A stretch of DNA of 64,000 bases from an uncultured Nitrospiraceae bacterium (GCA_963811165.1 CAWEQH010000008.1:352001-416000); one strand, 5' to 3'; numbered from the stretch's first letter, positions 17,943 through 28,229 are shown. Numbers and translations are program-made. Notes: generated by a model not told the origin, from the sequence alone.

Positions 17943-20321
17943 ATGAAAAAGAGGTGCTTGATGTTCAGTAGAGTAATCGGTTGTTTCATATCTGCCCTTA
18001 TCATCATGTCTATTTCGATAGATGCGGCATATTCCTCGGATGGCGGCATGTTGACTCCCGGTTCAACAACTTCTTCGCCGGATAACGCCTTGACGCGTGC
18101 GTTACTGCACGGTGTCACGGTGGCAGGTCTTTTCGCCCCGAGTACTATGAGTACGAGGAAGCCCCCCTCTGATTCTCAACCGGGAGCGCAACAACCAGCA
18201 CAACCTCAACCTGCATCTCCGCAGCAGGCAGCGCCCGCTGCTCAGCCTGCGGCGACACCATCCCCACAGCCTGAAACAGTTCAACCGGCACAGCCTCCTG
18301 TACCCGCGACGCCTGTGCCGCAGCCTGAAACAGTTCAACCGGCACAGCCTCCTGTACCCGCGACGCCTGCGCCACAGCCTGAAACAGTTCAACCGGCACA
18401 GCCTCCTGTATCCGCGACGCCTGCGCCGCAGCCTGAAACAGTTCAGCCGGCACCACCTCCATTCGCGCCCGCCACTCCGATACCGCATCCTGTTATGCCC
18501 CACGCTGTGCCGGCAAAGAGGGGTGATGTCAGTTTTAACTTTGATGACGCCGACGTCTATTCGGTGATACAGACGATATTCGGGGACGTCCTGAGGGTTA
18601 ACTACATTATAGATCCCCGCGTCAAAGGTAGGGTGAATTTCAGGTCCGTTGCTCCGGTTGCAAAAGAAGACGTGCTTCCGCTGATGGAGGTAATCCTGCG
18701 GCTTAACGGCGTCGGCATAGTGGAGGAAGGGGGGCTATACCGGATTGTGCCTATCGCGGACTTGCCCAAGGAACCGGCGCCTGTCGGTATGGGCAGGGAC
18801 CCCGAAGAAATCACTCTTACCGGGAAGGCGCGGCTTCAGGTGGTGCCTATCAAGTATATCCAGTCTACCGAGATGACGAGGATCCTGACCCCGTTTCTTT
18901 CGACGAGCGCCGTGATCGTCGATGTGCCGAAGAGCAACCATATCGTCATCATCGACACAGATGCCAATGTGAAAAGACTCCTTCAACTTGTCGATACGTT
19001 TGACAACGAAAAGCTCAAACAGGTGACCCCCAAGGTATTCGTGTACGCTGTGCAGAACAGTAAGGCGAAGGATGTCGCTGCGCTTCTGCAGCAGATTTTT
19101 CAGAAGGGGGGAGCATCGACTGCCCCAAAAACATCGACGACAACGACGTCGCAGAGGCCGCCTATCCCCGGTCAACCTACAGCTCCGACTACGCCTTCGC
19201 AACAGATATCGGTAGGAGGCCAATCTACAGGGGAGGCGCTTGTTTCGGATATCACGAGGATTATTCCGGATGAGGTCACTAATACGATCATCGTTCTCGC
19301 TACGCCGGAGGACTACGGGCTCATACTTGATACGATTCAAAAAATAGATATCATGCCGAGACAGGTCCTCATTGAGGCACTGATAGTAGATATAACCTTA
19401 ACGGATAATCTGAGTTTCGGACTTTCATGGTCAATGAATACCGATCTTAAGCTGACCGGCTTGAAACCCTTTAAGAATCCATTGGACCTTACGGGTCCGG
19501 GGTCCATGGCGTCAGTCAATGCCGGCAACCTTTCATCGACTCCATCTGACAAAGGGTTTACCTTTATAGGTCATGACCCCTCTGGAAACGTGAGGGCCGT
19601 GCTCTCGGCCCTTGATGACCGGTCGAGGGGAAAAGTGGTGGCGGCGCCCCACATCCTTGTGTCGGATAATCGCGAGGCGAGGATCCAGGTGGGGCAACAG
19701 ATTCCCATTGCCACTTCAACTTCTTCTACGCCTATTGCTTCAACGGTGACTCCTGGTACGACCACAACTGCTATTCCCGTTGTGGGCACTTCCACAATCC
19801 AGTATAAAGATATCGGAATTATCCTTAAAGTAAAGCCTCAGGTGAACGATAGCGGGCTAATCGCCCTTGAGCTGTCCCAGGAGATTTCCTCGATTAGTGC
19901 TAAACCGGTAACAGTTGGGGGGCTGGACGAGGTCAGTATCGACAAGACAGAGGCGACTTCAAATCTGGTTGCGCGCGACGGCGAAACGATCATTATCGGG
20001 GGCCTTATAAGGGAAGATACGTCTCATGGGACAACGGGGTTTCCATTTCTGAGTAGAATCCCTATTATCGGGGCACTCTTTGGGACTACGGAAGATACCG
20101 CCACAAGGAAAGAAACGATTATCCTGCTCACGCCCCATGTTATCAGAAACCAGCAGGAGGCAAAGAGTGTCACGTCAGAATTTGCCGACCGGTATAAGAA
20201 TGCTACCAAGGACAACGAGCTGGACAAGTTCATCCAAGGTGGAGGCCGGAAGCAGGGGCCCGAAAAGGAACAACCGAAGGAACAGCCTATAGAGCCTGTT
20301 CCTAATTCAAGGCAGAACTGA
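17943..20321 (+). CDS. gspD: Type II secretion secretin GspD with Pro/Gln-rich N-terminal extension
   Basis: N0 domain FNFDDAD..NYIIDPRVKG, QVLIEALIVDI, EARIQVGQQIP, IQYKDIGIILKVKPQVN, IIIGGLI, PFLSRIPIIGALF. Confidence 0.95.
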   Translation: MKKRCLMFSRVIGCFISALIIMSISIDAAYSSDGGMLTPGSTTSSPDNALTRALLHGVTVAGLFAPSTMSTRKPPSDSQPGAQQPAQPQPASPQQAAPAAQPAATPSPQPETVQPAQPPVPATPVPQPETVQPAQPPVPATPAPQPETVQPAQPPVSATPAPQPETVQPAPPPFAPATPIPHPVMPHAVPAKRGDVSFNFDDADVYSVIQTIFGDVLRVNYIIDPRVKGRVNFRSVAPVAKEDVLPLMEVILRLNGVGIVEEGGLYRIVPIADLPKEPAPVGMGRDPEEITLTGKARLQVVPIKYIQSTEMTRILTPFLSTSAVIVDVPKSNHIVIIDTDANVKRLLQLVDTFDNEKLKQVTPKVFVYAVQNSKAKDVAALLQQIFQKGGASTAPKTSTTTTSQRPPIPGQPTAPTTPSQQISVGGQSTGEALVSDITRIIPDEVTNTIIVLATPEDYGLILDTIQKIDIMPRQVLIEALIVDITLTDNLSFGLSWSMNTDLKLTGLKPFKNPLDLTGPGSMASVNAGNLSSTPSDKGFTFIGHDPSGNVRAVLSALDDRSRGKVVAAPHILVSDNREARIQVGQQIPIATSTSSTPIASTVTPGTTTTAIPVVGTSTIQYKDIGIILKVKPQVNDSGLIALELSQEISSISAKPVTVGGLDEVSIDKTEATSNLVARDGETIIIGGLIREDTSHGTTGFPFLSRIPIIGALFGTTEDTATRKETIILLTPHVIRNQQEAKSVTSEFADRYKNATKDNELDKFIQGGGRKQGPEKEQPKEQPIEPVPNSRQN
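18264..18460 (+). repeat. In-frame 54-bp tandem repeat, about 3.6 copies, encoding PQPETVQPAQPPVPATP(V/A)
   Basis: Units start at 18264, 18318, 18372 and 18426 and are near-identical. Confidence 0.95.
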
Positions 20322-20493
20322 CCGAGGACGCGGAGCGCCGTATCAGGCTGGAAAAAGTGTGGAGCGTTACTGTACATTAAGAAACACAGCCTGTGTGCAT
20401 AGCGACACACCGGTTGGCAAAACAATAAATATAGTATGCAGTAAAAACGGTGAGTTACGATGCCATAATTGACCAGGAGAATGATGAAAGTCA

Positions 20494-20509
20494 TGGCATA
20501 TTTATTGCA
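20494..20509 (+). promoter_or_regulatory. Putative sigma54 promoter
   Basis: TGGCAT-ATTTA-TTGCA in the AT-rich intergenic region upstream of the lipoprotein and surface-protein genes. Confidence 0.65.
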
Positions 20510-20573
20510 AGAAATAGTTAAACAATAATTTGTGTAATATATACCGACGGGATTGAAAATTTTTAAAAAAAAC

Positions 20574-20602
20574 TTGACAGGAAAAAATATTGATAATATC
20601 TT
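20574..20602 (+). promoter_or_regulatory. Putative sigma70 promoter
   Basis: TTGACA-17 bp-TATCTT, about 50 bp upstream of ATG 20655. Confidence 0.55.
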
Positions 20603-20654
20603 ATACGAAGATGCACGCCGTATGACGCGGGAGAACAGATTTGCGCTGACAACG

Positions 20655-21090
20655 ATGGGGCAAAAGTTTATTTATATCGCATTTTTTTTCTTGATTATTT
20701 TTTCAGGATGTTCTATAAAAGAGGCAACAAAAAATGGATCGGATGGAGGGGAATTGAGGGAACGGGTCTGCCACGTACTGGCAACTTAAGGTAAAAGAGG
20801 ACTTTGTGAAGAGTTACGAATATGAGGCCCCTAATTACAGGAAACAGACAAACATGATAAATTATCTTAAGGGCATCAACACCGATGTAGTGAAATATTT
20901 GGCAGCGACCCCGGGCGACGTGAAGCTCGACGGGGACTCGGCGCGTGTCAAGGTGCAAGTGAGGGTCAGGGTAAAGCTGCCTCAGATGAAGAGCGATGAA
21001 TACAGCACTCTTCTTACGGAGAAGTGGGTTAAAGTTGATGGCGTATGGTATCATGTCCCCGCGGGTATCAGACCGCGCGGCGTGAAATAA
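20655..21090 (+). CDS. Small lipoprotein, interrupted by one apparent frameshift near 20770
   Basis: MGQKFIYIAFFFLIIFSGC lipobox. LRERV continues in another frame as TYWQLKVKEDFVKSYEYE...EKWVKVDGVWYH. Confidence 0.75.
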
Positions 21091-21234
21091 ATGGCGGTAG
21101 TTTTTTGTATAAAGTTGGTCAAAAAAACCAGGAAAGAAGGAGGTGATGGAGGGCACAGAGCTTAGCCGTTTTATATAAAGATTTTCAAGATTCTGATTTA
21201 ATCAGAGGAATATTATTAAAAAGGAGGAAAGTAA

Positions 21235-22606
21235 ATGTTTAAGAAAGCAGTTTTTCTTGCGTTCATTCTCATGGCATTAAGCTTCGGCTCGGCCTTTGCG
21301 ATCAGATAGACTCAATGGCTTCGAGCAGTGGCGCCTGTGCCGCCAACCCAGCTCTTCGTCAATCCGGGCGGTCTGGGCGATGCCTTATCTACGGGTATTA
21401 TAACGTCGAGGAGCCAGGATCAGATTTCTTCACAATCACCAACACAAGCGCAGTCATTGGTGCCAGGGTGAGGCTCAGGTTCAGAGAGGCGGCTACACTG
21501 ACCCAGGTAACGGGGTCTGCCATGTCAGTGGTAACGGAAGCCAGGAAGTACTCGACTTCGACATATGCCTGAGCAAAAATGACATGTGGTCCGGCCAGCT
21601 GGTGGCCAATTCCACAGGCACCACGCTCATCGGTCGTGACAATGATACGTTTGTACAGGTCGGTGACAATACTGCAACCGATATAGGCATTTTCACCACG
21701 ATGTTTCCTTCCGGCGTTGCCTTCAAGTTTGGTGCGGACAACCTGAACATCACAGGCGATCAGACCAGAGAAGGCTATTTCGAGATCATCCAAGAAGATC
21801 AGATGGATGAGAACTGCAATCAACCCACGGCCGATGATCCTAAGCCTTCTAATCCATGCACATGCGGCAATCAGCGGGATCTTCGGACTCCAATAGAAAA
21901 CGTCCTGATGGGGCATACATACATTGTCAATACGGCCACAACCTCGATCTTCTCTTATGCCGCAACCGCTCTTGCCGATTTTGACGCTTCAGGTTTAGTA
22001 TTCACGATCAATTCCAACAGGCCGAACCTTAAGGACGACAGCGAGGACGGAACTATTACTCCGGTTAACTATGCGCTGACCAAGTCACAGATCATGGCTA
22101 TCTATGATATCCAGTCCTCTATCGACGGCAAGGCTGGCCTGATAGTTACCTTCCCGACAAAGTGGGCGACACATATCGACACTTTCACCGCCGGTAAGTG
22201 TGATGCGGCCCCTTCGGATATCTTTGATGACACGTCCGTAAAGGTGACGATATGGGACGACGCGGAAAATGCTCCTACCGTTACCTGTCAGTTCTCGCCT
22301 TGCACCACCCCGACGCCTGTTGATCTTCCTAATGAAGTCAACCTCGTCGATATTAATTCAAGCGGGATCTTTACCTCTGACGGGATTGTTCCTGTTGCGA
22401 CGGCATTTGATTTTGGCTGGATCAACATAGACCTCGTCAATAATGGTTCCGCATCTACTCCTGTTAGCCCGGCTCATTTTACAACGTTCCAAGGGCAAAC
22501 TACGAACGGTCTCCCGGCCATCGGTTATTCAGTTGAGACATTTGCCGGCGGAAGTTTCTCCGGGTTGGTTCCGCTTCAGTACACAACTAACGTAACCGTA
22601 GAATAA
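21235..22606 (+). CDS. Probable S-layer/major cell-surface protein; several apparent single-base frameshifts in 21300-21510
   Basis: AAGGAGG RBS and signal peptide MFKKAVFLAFILMALSFGSAFA. Stitched frames give QLFVNPGGLGDA-IYGYYNV..TITNTS..RVRLRFREA..NGSQEVLDFDICLSKNDMWSG, then an acidic Thr/Asp-rich body with FGWINIDL and GLPAIGYS. Has its own terminator. Confidence 0.7.
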
Positions 22607-22628
22607 TATTCTGCCTCTTATTTTCGTG

Positions 22629-22661
22629 AAAGGGAGGACCTTCGGGCCCTCCCTTTTTTTT
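22629..22661 (+). terminator. Rho-independent terminator
   Basis: AAAGGGAGGACC-TTCG-GGCCCTCCCTTT followed by a T-run, downstream of the stop at 22606. Confidence 0.9.
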
Positions 22662-22921
22662 GACCCGCAGCAACTTGACGGTTTTTCGACCCCGGCTGAC
22701 CTACTCCGGCAGCAAATTGACAGAAAATGTCTGCATCTCAAACGCTAAAATGAACCTTCAATCTGGACAACGCATCTTCCCGAAAGCCCCGGCAGATACC
22801 TCTTCCCAATTTATAACTAATTATTGCGGCCTTAAAACGCGTTGCAAACCATAAGACATCGCTTTCAGCAGATGTACACACATCAGGACGATAATTCGCA
22901 GAGAATTTGTTATAAGACCCC

Positions 22922-22945
22922 GTAGGGGCGTGATTCATCACGCCC
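22922..22945 (+). repeat. Single GTAG-family REP-like palindrome
   Basis: GTAG followed by GGGCGTGA-TTCA-TCACGCCC. Confidence 0.5.
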
Positions 22946-22981
22946 TTTTTATCTGACATGGTGATTCAAATCACTGAAAAA

Positions 22982-22997
22982 TGGCATGAAAAGTGCA
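22982..22997 (+). promoter_or_regulatory. Putative sigma54 promoter
   Basis: TGGCAT-GAAAA-GTGCA upstream of the Cys-rich secreted protein gene. Confidence 0.55.
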
Positions 22998-23232
22998 ATA
23001 TTAATTTGAGAAAAGGTTAAAATAATTTAATCGAAATCGCCGTGTCAGGTGTGTTAAAATAAAATGCGTCTTATTTTAAAGCGAGAAATTAGGGATAATT
23101 TATTGATTAGCTTAAGAAACTCAGGAGGTGTAGGTTATGAAGGGCAGGAGCAAAACAATTTTTGGAGATGAGGAACCCGCTTTTTTTAAGTTGGGGATGA
23201 GTAATACAATCCGTGAAGTGCGGGAGGTCAAG

Positions 23233-24713
23233 ATGGGCATCGCGAAAACTTTTATGAGAAGAGCGGGAATGGGGATTATTGTAGTTTTTGCTCTTTTGGT
23301 AGGTAGTGCGGTAAGCTGGGGTGATACAACTATTTATGTGTATCAGCAGCTAGCAGTGGCGCATTGACGATAAAGGCAATCGATTGCGATGGAAATAAAG
23401 CGACGCCGACGCAGACTGTCGCAATTCCGAACTCGTGTTTTACCCCGACTTTATTCTGGGATTCCGCTGTCCGGCGCGCTGAGACTCAATGGATTTGATT
23501 CTCTTAACAATCCCAGCTGGACAGGGACAATTGATGCCACCGGTGTGTTTACAACCACAATGGCCCCTCCCCTCCCAACGGTAACTGTAGCTCAGTTTCA
23601 GCTACCGTTGAAGCCTCTGTAGTGAATGCGGCGTTCCCTGACAAAATACCGTGCACGGGCTACACATGGACCGCGTGTTCTGGCGGCGTCATGACGAGAA
23701 CCGGTGCTACCCCACCGGGGTGTGTTTCGGACCAGCCGACGATGTTGTCCTGCGTGTCAGCCTGTACCAGTTGGACTTATGGTTCCTGGACGCCGGCATC
23801 ATGCGCCGCCGGAACCATCCAGTCCAGAACGGCAACTGGAATTCCATCAGGTTGCGTCGGACTGCCTGACGCACTAACGGTGCAGAGTTGCCCTCCACAG
23901 GCCTGCACGGGTTACAATTATACTTTAGGAACGTGTCAGTCAAACAATACGGCTCCCGTTGTTAGCTATGCTGGTGTGCCGGCGGGTTGTTCAGGCGGAG
24001 CTACGCCGGCAACAACCCAACCCTGCGTCTTTAGTGCGCCGACCTGCACGAGTTTTACGTATTCTGCATGGTCGCCCTCGGAAACTTCGTGCACTGCAGG
24101 ACAGACCCTGACGAGGTCAGTTTTAACAAGTTCACCTACTCCCTGTAACGGAGGCAACCCTGTTACGACGGAGGCTTGCCCTGTTACTCCCGGCGGCGCT
24201 ACCGCATTAAAGATCAATGATACAGCATCGAAATGGACCGTACCCGCGGGCGGCACTTATTTATTCAGCGCCACATTACCCAGCGCCTGTACAACAACGT
24301 CTAAACAGCTCAGGTTTAGCGTTACCGGGCAACAGACTTCTCCGAACGTAGATATAGTAATTAAGAAAGGGTCTGCGCCAACGCGTGCTGATTATCAGAA
24401 TTTATTTAGCATATCGGGTATCACTGCCGGTCAGTACACCGACTGCGTAAAGGTTACCGGCACCAACTACTGTAACGGAACTGGAACATTCTTCTGGAAC
24501 TTTTCCGGCACCGGCTCCGGTGAAACCACAATTGCTTATGCGGACTATAGTCTTACCCCTCCGGCCGGGTCCGCAAAGAGGTGGCTCAATGCTCCTATCA
24601 ACGCCTATGCCTCGGTCCCGAATTTCAGTCAGGCGGGCACGTATTATATGTTGCTCGTCAATACGAGCTCTAAAACGTCGACGCTTGTGAATGCTGCATT
24701 TTACTGTTACTGA
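23233..24713 (+). CDS. Secreted Cys/Thr-rich protein with thrombospondin-like repeats; about 3 apparent frameshifts in 23340-23620
   Basis: GGAGG RBS and signal peptide (..VGSAVSWG). Repeats CTGYTWTAC, CTSWTYGSWTPASC, CTGYNYTLGTC, CTSFTYSAWSP; C-terminal beta-rich domain ending AGTYYMLLVN. Confidence 0.7.
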
Positions 24714-24732
24714 CGACCACGGCAGGACTGAT

Positions 24733-24765
24733 AAAAGAGGGGCATTCACTGCCCCTCTTTTTTTT
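24733..24765. terminator. Bidirectional Rho-independent terminator
   Basis: AAAAGAGGGGCA-TTCAC-TGCCCCTCTTTT followed by a T-run, between convergent genes. Confidence 0.9.
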
Positions 24766-24901
24766 GACGCTTGCCCAAAGGAATATGCCCTTGCTAAACA
24801 AAAAAATGTAATCCCCTGCCATAAGAATTTTTGGTGCAATGATTGCCACGCATTATTACGATGATTTACGCATTATCCGGAGCAACGGGTGGACTGTGTC
24901 T

Positions 24902-25909
24902 TTAACGGGAGTGGTCTTTGAAAGAACGGACTATCTTCTCGTAGAGATGTTTACGGGACGTGCCTTCAGGGAGAAAGGTATCTCTCACCCCGTAGTATTT
25001 TTTCGCAAGTTTTTGGAAAAGGCCGGTTTCAAGCTGACGGAGATGATTTCCGAGAACGGCAACGCTCTCCTCCCTTTGTTTTAGATCGAAGGCGAGTTTT
25101 TCTATCATCTTGTCTTTTTCGGCACTCTTTTCTTCAATCATTCTTACTTCTTGCAAAAGGGTGTCTGCAACCCGGAGATTATCGAGCAAACGGTCCTCCA
25201 AAGAGGGAACGTGCAGGTCATTTGAGAACCACGTTATCACCTCTGCCAGCGTCGGCGGCGCAGCAGGCATCCAGAATGCCTCGTAATAAGAATCCCGAAG
25301 GGTAAAGAGCGACCTTGACCTGTTGAGACCTAAGTTGGAAGCTATAAAGGTCTCCTCTTTCTTGAGCATGCTGTAATGATAGCGCATAAGGGCCTTTTTC
25401 TTTATCTCTATCACAGGGCCTATATCGACAAGGACATTGAACCTGACCGGATTATATATCTCGTAGAAGGCAAGCAGCAGGCCGGGAAATCCCCGCGACG
25501 CCTCTATGCAGGCGAGTGCTGTTTCCCTATGGTCGGGGTGTATTTCCACAGGCGCCGGGACGAAGACAATCTGGGGTTTCAGATCGGCGAAAAGTCCCGC
25601 AAGCCGCGACCTGACAGAGTCTCCGTGTTCCGAAAACTTTCCGTCCGGCAAGTCCAGACAAACGAGCGCATGCGCGCCGAGGATCCTTACTGCGTCCTCA
25701 CATTCCTTTCTCCTTAGCTCGCCTCTGTTGTCCTCGGGAATGTTTACCGCTTCCCCGCGCGAAAGGGCGACAACGGTAAACTGAATCTTGCCCGAATAAA
25801 GGGCTATAGTGCCGCCGCAGCCGAGTGACTCGTCATCCGGATGAGGCGCCAGGACCAAGGCCCTGTCGATGTCCGGGAGTCCCAGGGTGAAGTCCGTCAA
25901 TTGAGACAT
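24902..25909 (-). CDS. PIG-L/LmbE-family deacetylase with C-terminal coiled coil
   Basis: APHPDDESLGCGG, RRKE, HPDH; charged helical C-terminus. Confidence 0.9.
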   Translation of the reverse strand: MSQLTDFTLGLPDIDRALVLAPHPDDESLGCGGTIALYSGKIQFTVVALSRGEAVNIPEDNRGELRRKECEDAVRILGAHALVCLDLPDGKFSEHGDSVRSRLAGLFADLKPQIVFVPAPVEIHPDHRETALACIEASRGFPGLLLAFYEIYNPVRFNVLVDIGPVIEIKKKALMRYHYSMLKKEETFIASNLGLNRSRSLFTLRDSYYEAFWMPAAPPTLAEVITWFSNDLHVPSLEDRLLDNLRVADTLLQEVRMIEEKSAEKDKMIEKLAFDLKQREESVAVLGNHLRQLETGLFQKLAKKYYGVRDTFLPEGTSRKHLYEKIVRSFKDHSR

Positions 25910-26988
25910 AAGACCCTCCTCATGCGTTCCCTCCAGATGCCGATATCGTAATGTGCCACTATAATGTCCCTGCCCCTCTCTGAGACCATCCGGTATAAGG
26001 TAGCGTCTGAAAGCAGCCGGTCAATGGCACGCATGATCGCACGAATAATATCTTCGGGGCCGCGGCCGGGGAGAGGGACCGACAGCGCCGAAAAAGGCTC
26101 CTTCGAATACAGATCTGCGAGAAAGCCCACAGGCGTCCCTATCACCGGCAGCCCGCACGCCATCGCCTCGGCAGCCGCTAACCCGAAACCCTCGTACCTA
26201 GACGGAAAGACCATGAAATCAGAAAGACTGTATAGTTCTTTCAAGCGCGCCCGATCAAGCCCCGAAAATGAGCGGTGCCGTCCGCTGTCTGCCGGAGGAG
26301 GGTCCCCGCCGGAAGGGGAAGCAATAATCCAGAACAATCCCGGCGTCCCCTCCATCAGCCGCTCCATGATGTCCCTTCCCTTTGGAAGTTCCCACCGGCC
26401 GACAAAAAGTCCGACCCTTTCAGTATGCGGAATTCCGTAAAGACTCCGTAGGCCCCTCCGGTCGGCGAGTCTGCGGAAAAAATGCGTATCCACCGGATTG
26501 GCTACAACAGAGACGTCTGTGAGACCGTAATATTTCTTAAGTTCGGACCCTACATGGTCGCTGACCGCGATGAGCCTTGCCCCGGCGGCGGAGGCCTGTT
26601 CAAGCAGCTCCCCGACGATATATTTGATCTCAAGATATGAACTTAAGGGCAGGAGTCCCTTGAGTGCATCGGCATACCCGCCATGGGTCGAATGGAATAT
26701 CACGAACGTCCCGAGCCTCTTCGGGAAATACCCGCCGCCATAGTAGCCGTTTGATATGATGAATTCGTACTTATCAGACGGGCGGTTGAGAAGACTTCTT
26801 CCGGCCGCGTATACCTGTCCGATGAAAGGGTTGTGCAGCCCGCACGTATTTCCGAATTCAGAGGCGCAGATAACATCCGTCTTAATATGTGAAGATTCAA
26901 TCAGATCAATGAGGGCATTGGTGAAAGTCTCAATCCCGCCGGTGCAAGTGAAAGGGTTAAATCCTGTAAGTACAAGTGCCTTTTTCAT
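25897..26988 (-). CDS. Glycosyltransferase family 4
   Basis: GGIE, NPVD, FVGR..KG, PSRYEGFGLAAAEAMACGLPVI. Confidence 0.93.
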   Translation of the reverse strand: MKKALVLTGFNPFTCTGGIETFTNALIDLIESSHIKTDVICASEFGNTCGLHNPFIGQVYAAGRSLLNRPSDKYEFIISNGYYGGGYFPKRLGTFVIFHSTHGGYADALKGLLPLSSYLEIKYIVGELLEQASAAGARLIAVSDHVGSELKKYYGLTDVSVVANPVDTHFFRRLADRRGLRSLYGIPHTERVGLFVGRWELPKGRDIMERLMEGTPGLFWIIASPSGGDPPPADSGRHRSFSGLDRARLKELYSLSDFMVFPSRYEGFGLAAAEAMACGLPVIGTPVGFLADLYSKEPFSALSVPLPGRGPEDIIRAIMRAIDRLLSDATLYRMVSERGRDIIVAHYDIGIWRERMRRVLCLN

Positions 26989-27263
26989 AAGAAAACTCTT
27001 TTCTCTTTTTCAATTTTCTCATCGAAGAGCATACACAGTGCGTCATATGACAAAACGCAATTATTCAATCCTCTCTATTTTACAGGATAAAGAAACTCTA
27101 GACTATAGCGCCTCTCATTCAGGCACCCCTTATCCCCCGGGAACCACTAACATTAAAGCACACCGGACAGCGACAGGTCTATTTTCAATGCAATAGCCGA
27201 CCACCTTTTAGTTGCCTTTGGTTATGAACAAATGCTGACTGGGAGAGAGGCGGAAGTTGCCTT

Positions 27264-28082
27264 TTACTGCCGATAACCTGAGTTCGTTTTTCCGAATTCA
27301 GCAAGTTCAATTTGAAAGTCGTGCCCTGCACTTCGGATATTTTCATTGAAGATTTCCAGACAATATTGATATAGTTCTATGTCCAGCCGGTAATATTCTT
27401 TGATCGCCTTCTCGACATCGCTGCTGACCTGATCGCGGGTAACGCGGATGGACGGGGTGACGTTCTCCCGAACGTAATAGCAAGACGACCAGCCCAGCTT
27501 CTTTTTGAAAAGCAGAATGGATTCGTCGAAGCGCTCTGTAATACCCACGGCCGCACATTTACGCACGTTCTCTTTGGCGAGTTCCAATGCGTTCTGCGGC
27601 AAAGGACCCGACAACGTAAGGTTCTCCCAGTTCACACAGCCGCTAAGCATCCGGGTATACAGATTAGCCAGGCCAGATTGCGCCCGCATCTCCACATACT
27701 GGAGAAGCGACATGCCTTTTTCATTAACCTCTCTGTAGTGGGTATGCTCGGGAGTGCTCATAGTAAAATTATAATCGGAAATGGCCCTCGCGACAGGCTC
27801 GCGCAACATCGAAATATACCGGACCTGACTTCCCAGCCATTGCCCGATACCGAATGGAACGTGCCCTTTCACACACCGGATCTCCGCCCGCTCGGCCTCG
27901 GACAGCGATCGTAAGCGATCAATCGAGTCCTGGACTCTTTCAATGCCGTTTCCGTCGATGTCGAAAGTCTTTTGGCCCCCGTATTGGCGATCAAGAATGC
28001 GCTGCAGTGTGCTGCCGGCGGCCTTCGGCATGTGAATAAAAACCAACGTATAAGAACTGATAAGAAATTGCTCTTTCAGCAT
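27264..28082 (-). CDS. Sulfotransferase family protein
   Basis: FIHMPKAAGST (5'-PSB), GH, LREPVARAISDY (3'-PB), VGITERFDES, LDIELY. Confidence 0.88.
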   Translation of the reverse strand: MLKEQFLISSYTLVFIHMPKAAGSTLQRILDRQYGGQKTFDIDGNGIERVQDSIDRLRSLSEAERAEIRCVKGHVPFGIGQWLGSQVRYISMLREPVARAISDYNFTMSTPEHTHYREVNEKGMSLLQYVEMRAQSGLANLYTRMLSGCVNWENLTLSGPLPQNALELAKENVRKCAAVGITERFDESILLFKKKLGWSSCYYVRENVTPSIRVTRDQVSSDVEKAIKEYYRLDIELYQYCLEIFNENIRSAGHDFQIELAEFGKTNSGYRQ

Positions 28083-28229
28083 TAAAGTAAAATAGCACGA
28101 GAAATGAGAACGTGTCAATCCAAACGGACGATTTTGTCATCGCACCCCCCTTGCATTTCGAGGACCTTTACGGGTGCGGATATGTAGATAAAACAGACGC
28201 AAAAATTGTATGATTATACTAACCGCAAG

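Noticed and set aside
18264..18460. Tandem repeats as a possible CRISPR array
   Set aside because: Contiguous 54-bp in-frame units with no unique spacers, inside gspD; no cas genes.
21300..21510. Programmed frameshifting or phase variation in the surface-protein gene
   Set aside because: Several scattered indels without long homopolymers or slippery sites; consensus error is the simpler explanation.
22662..22920. Possible RAYT/transposase remnant near the REP-like hairpin
   Set aside because: No convincing HUH or other transposase motif found in the frames examined.
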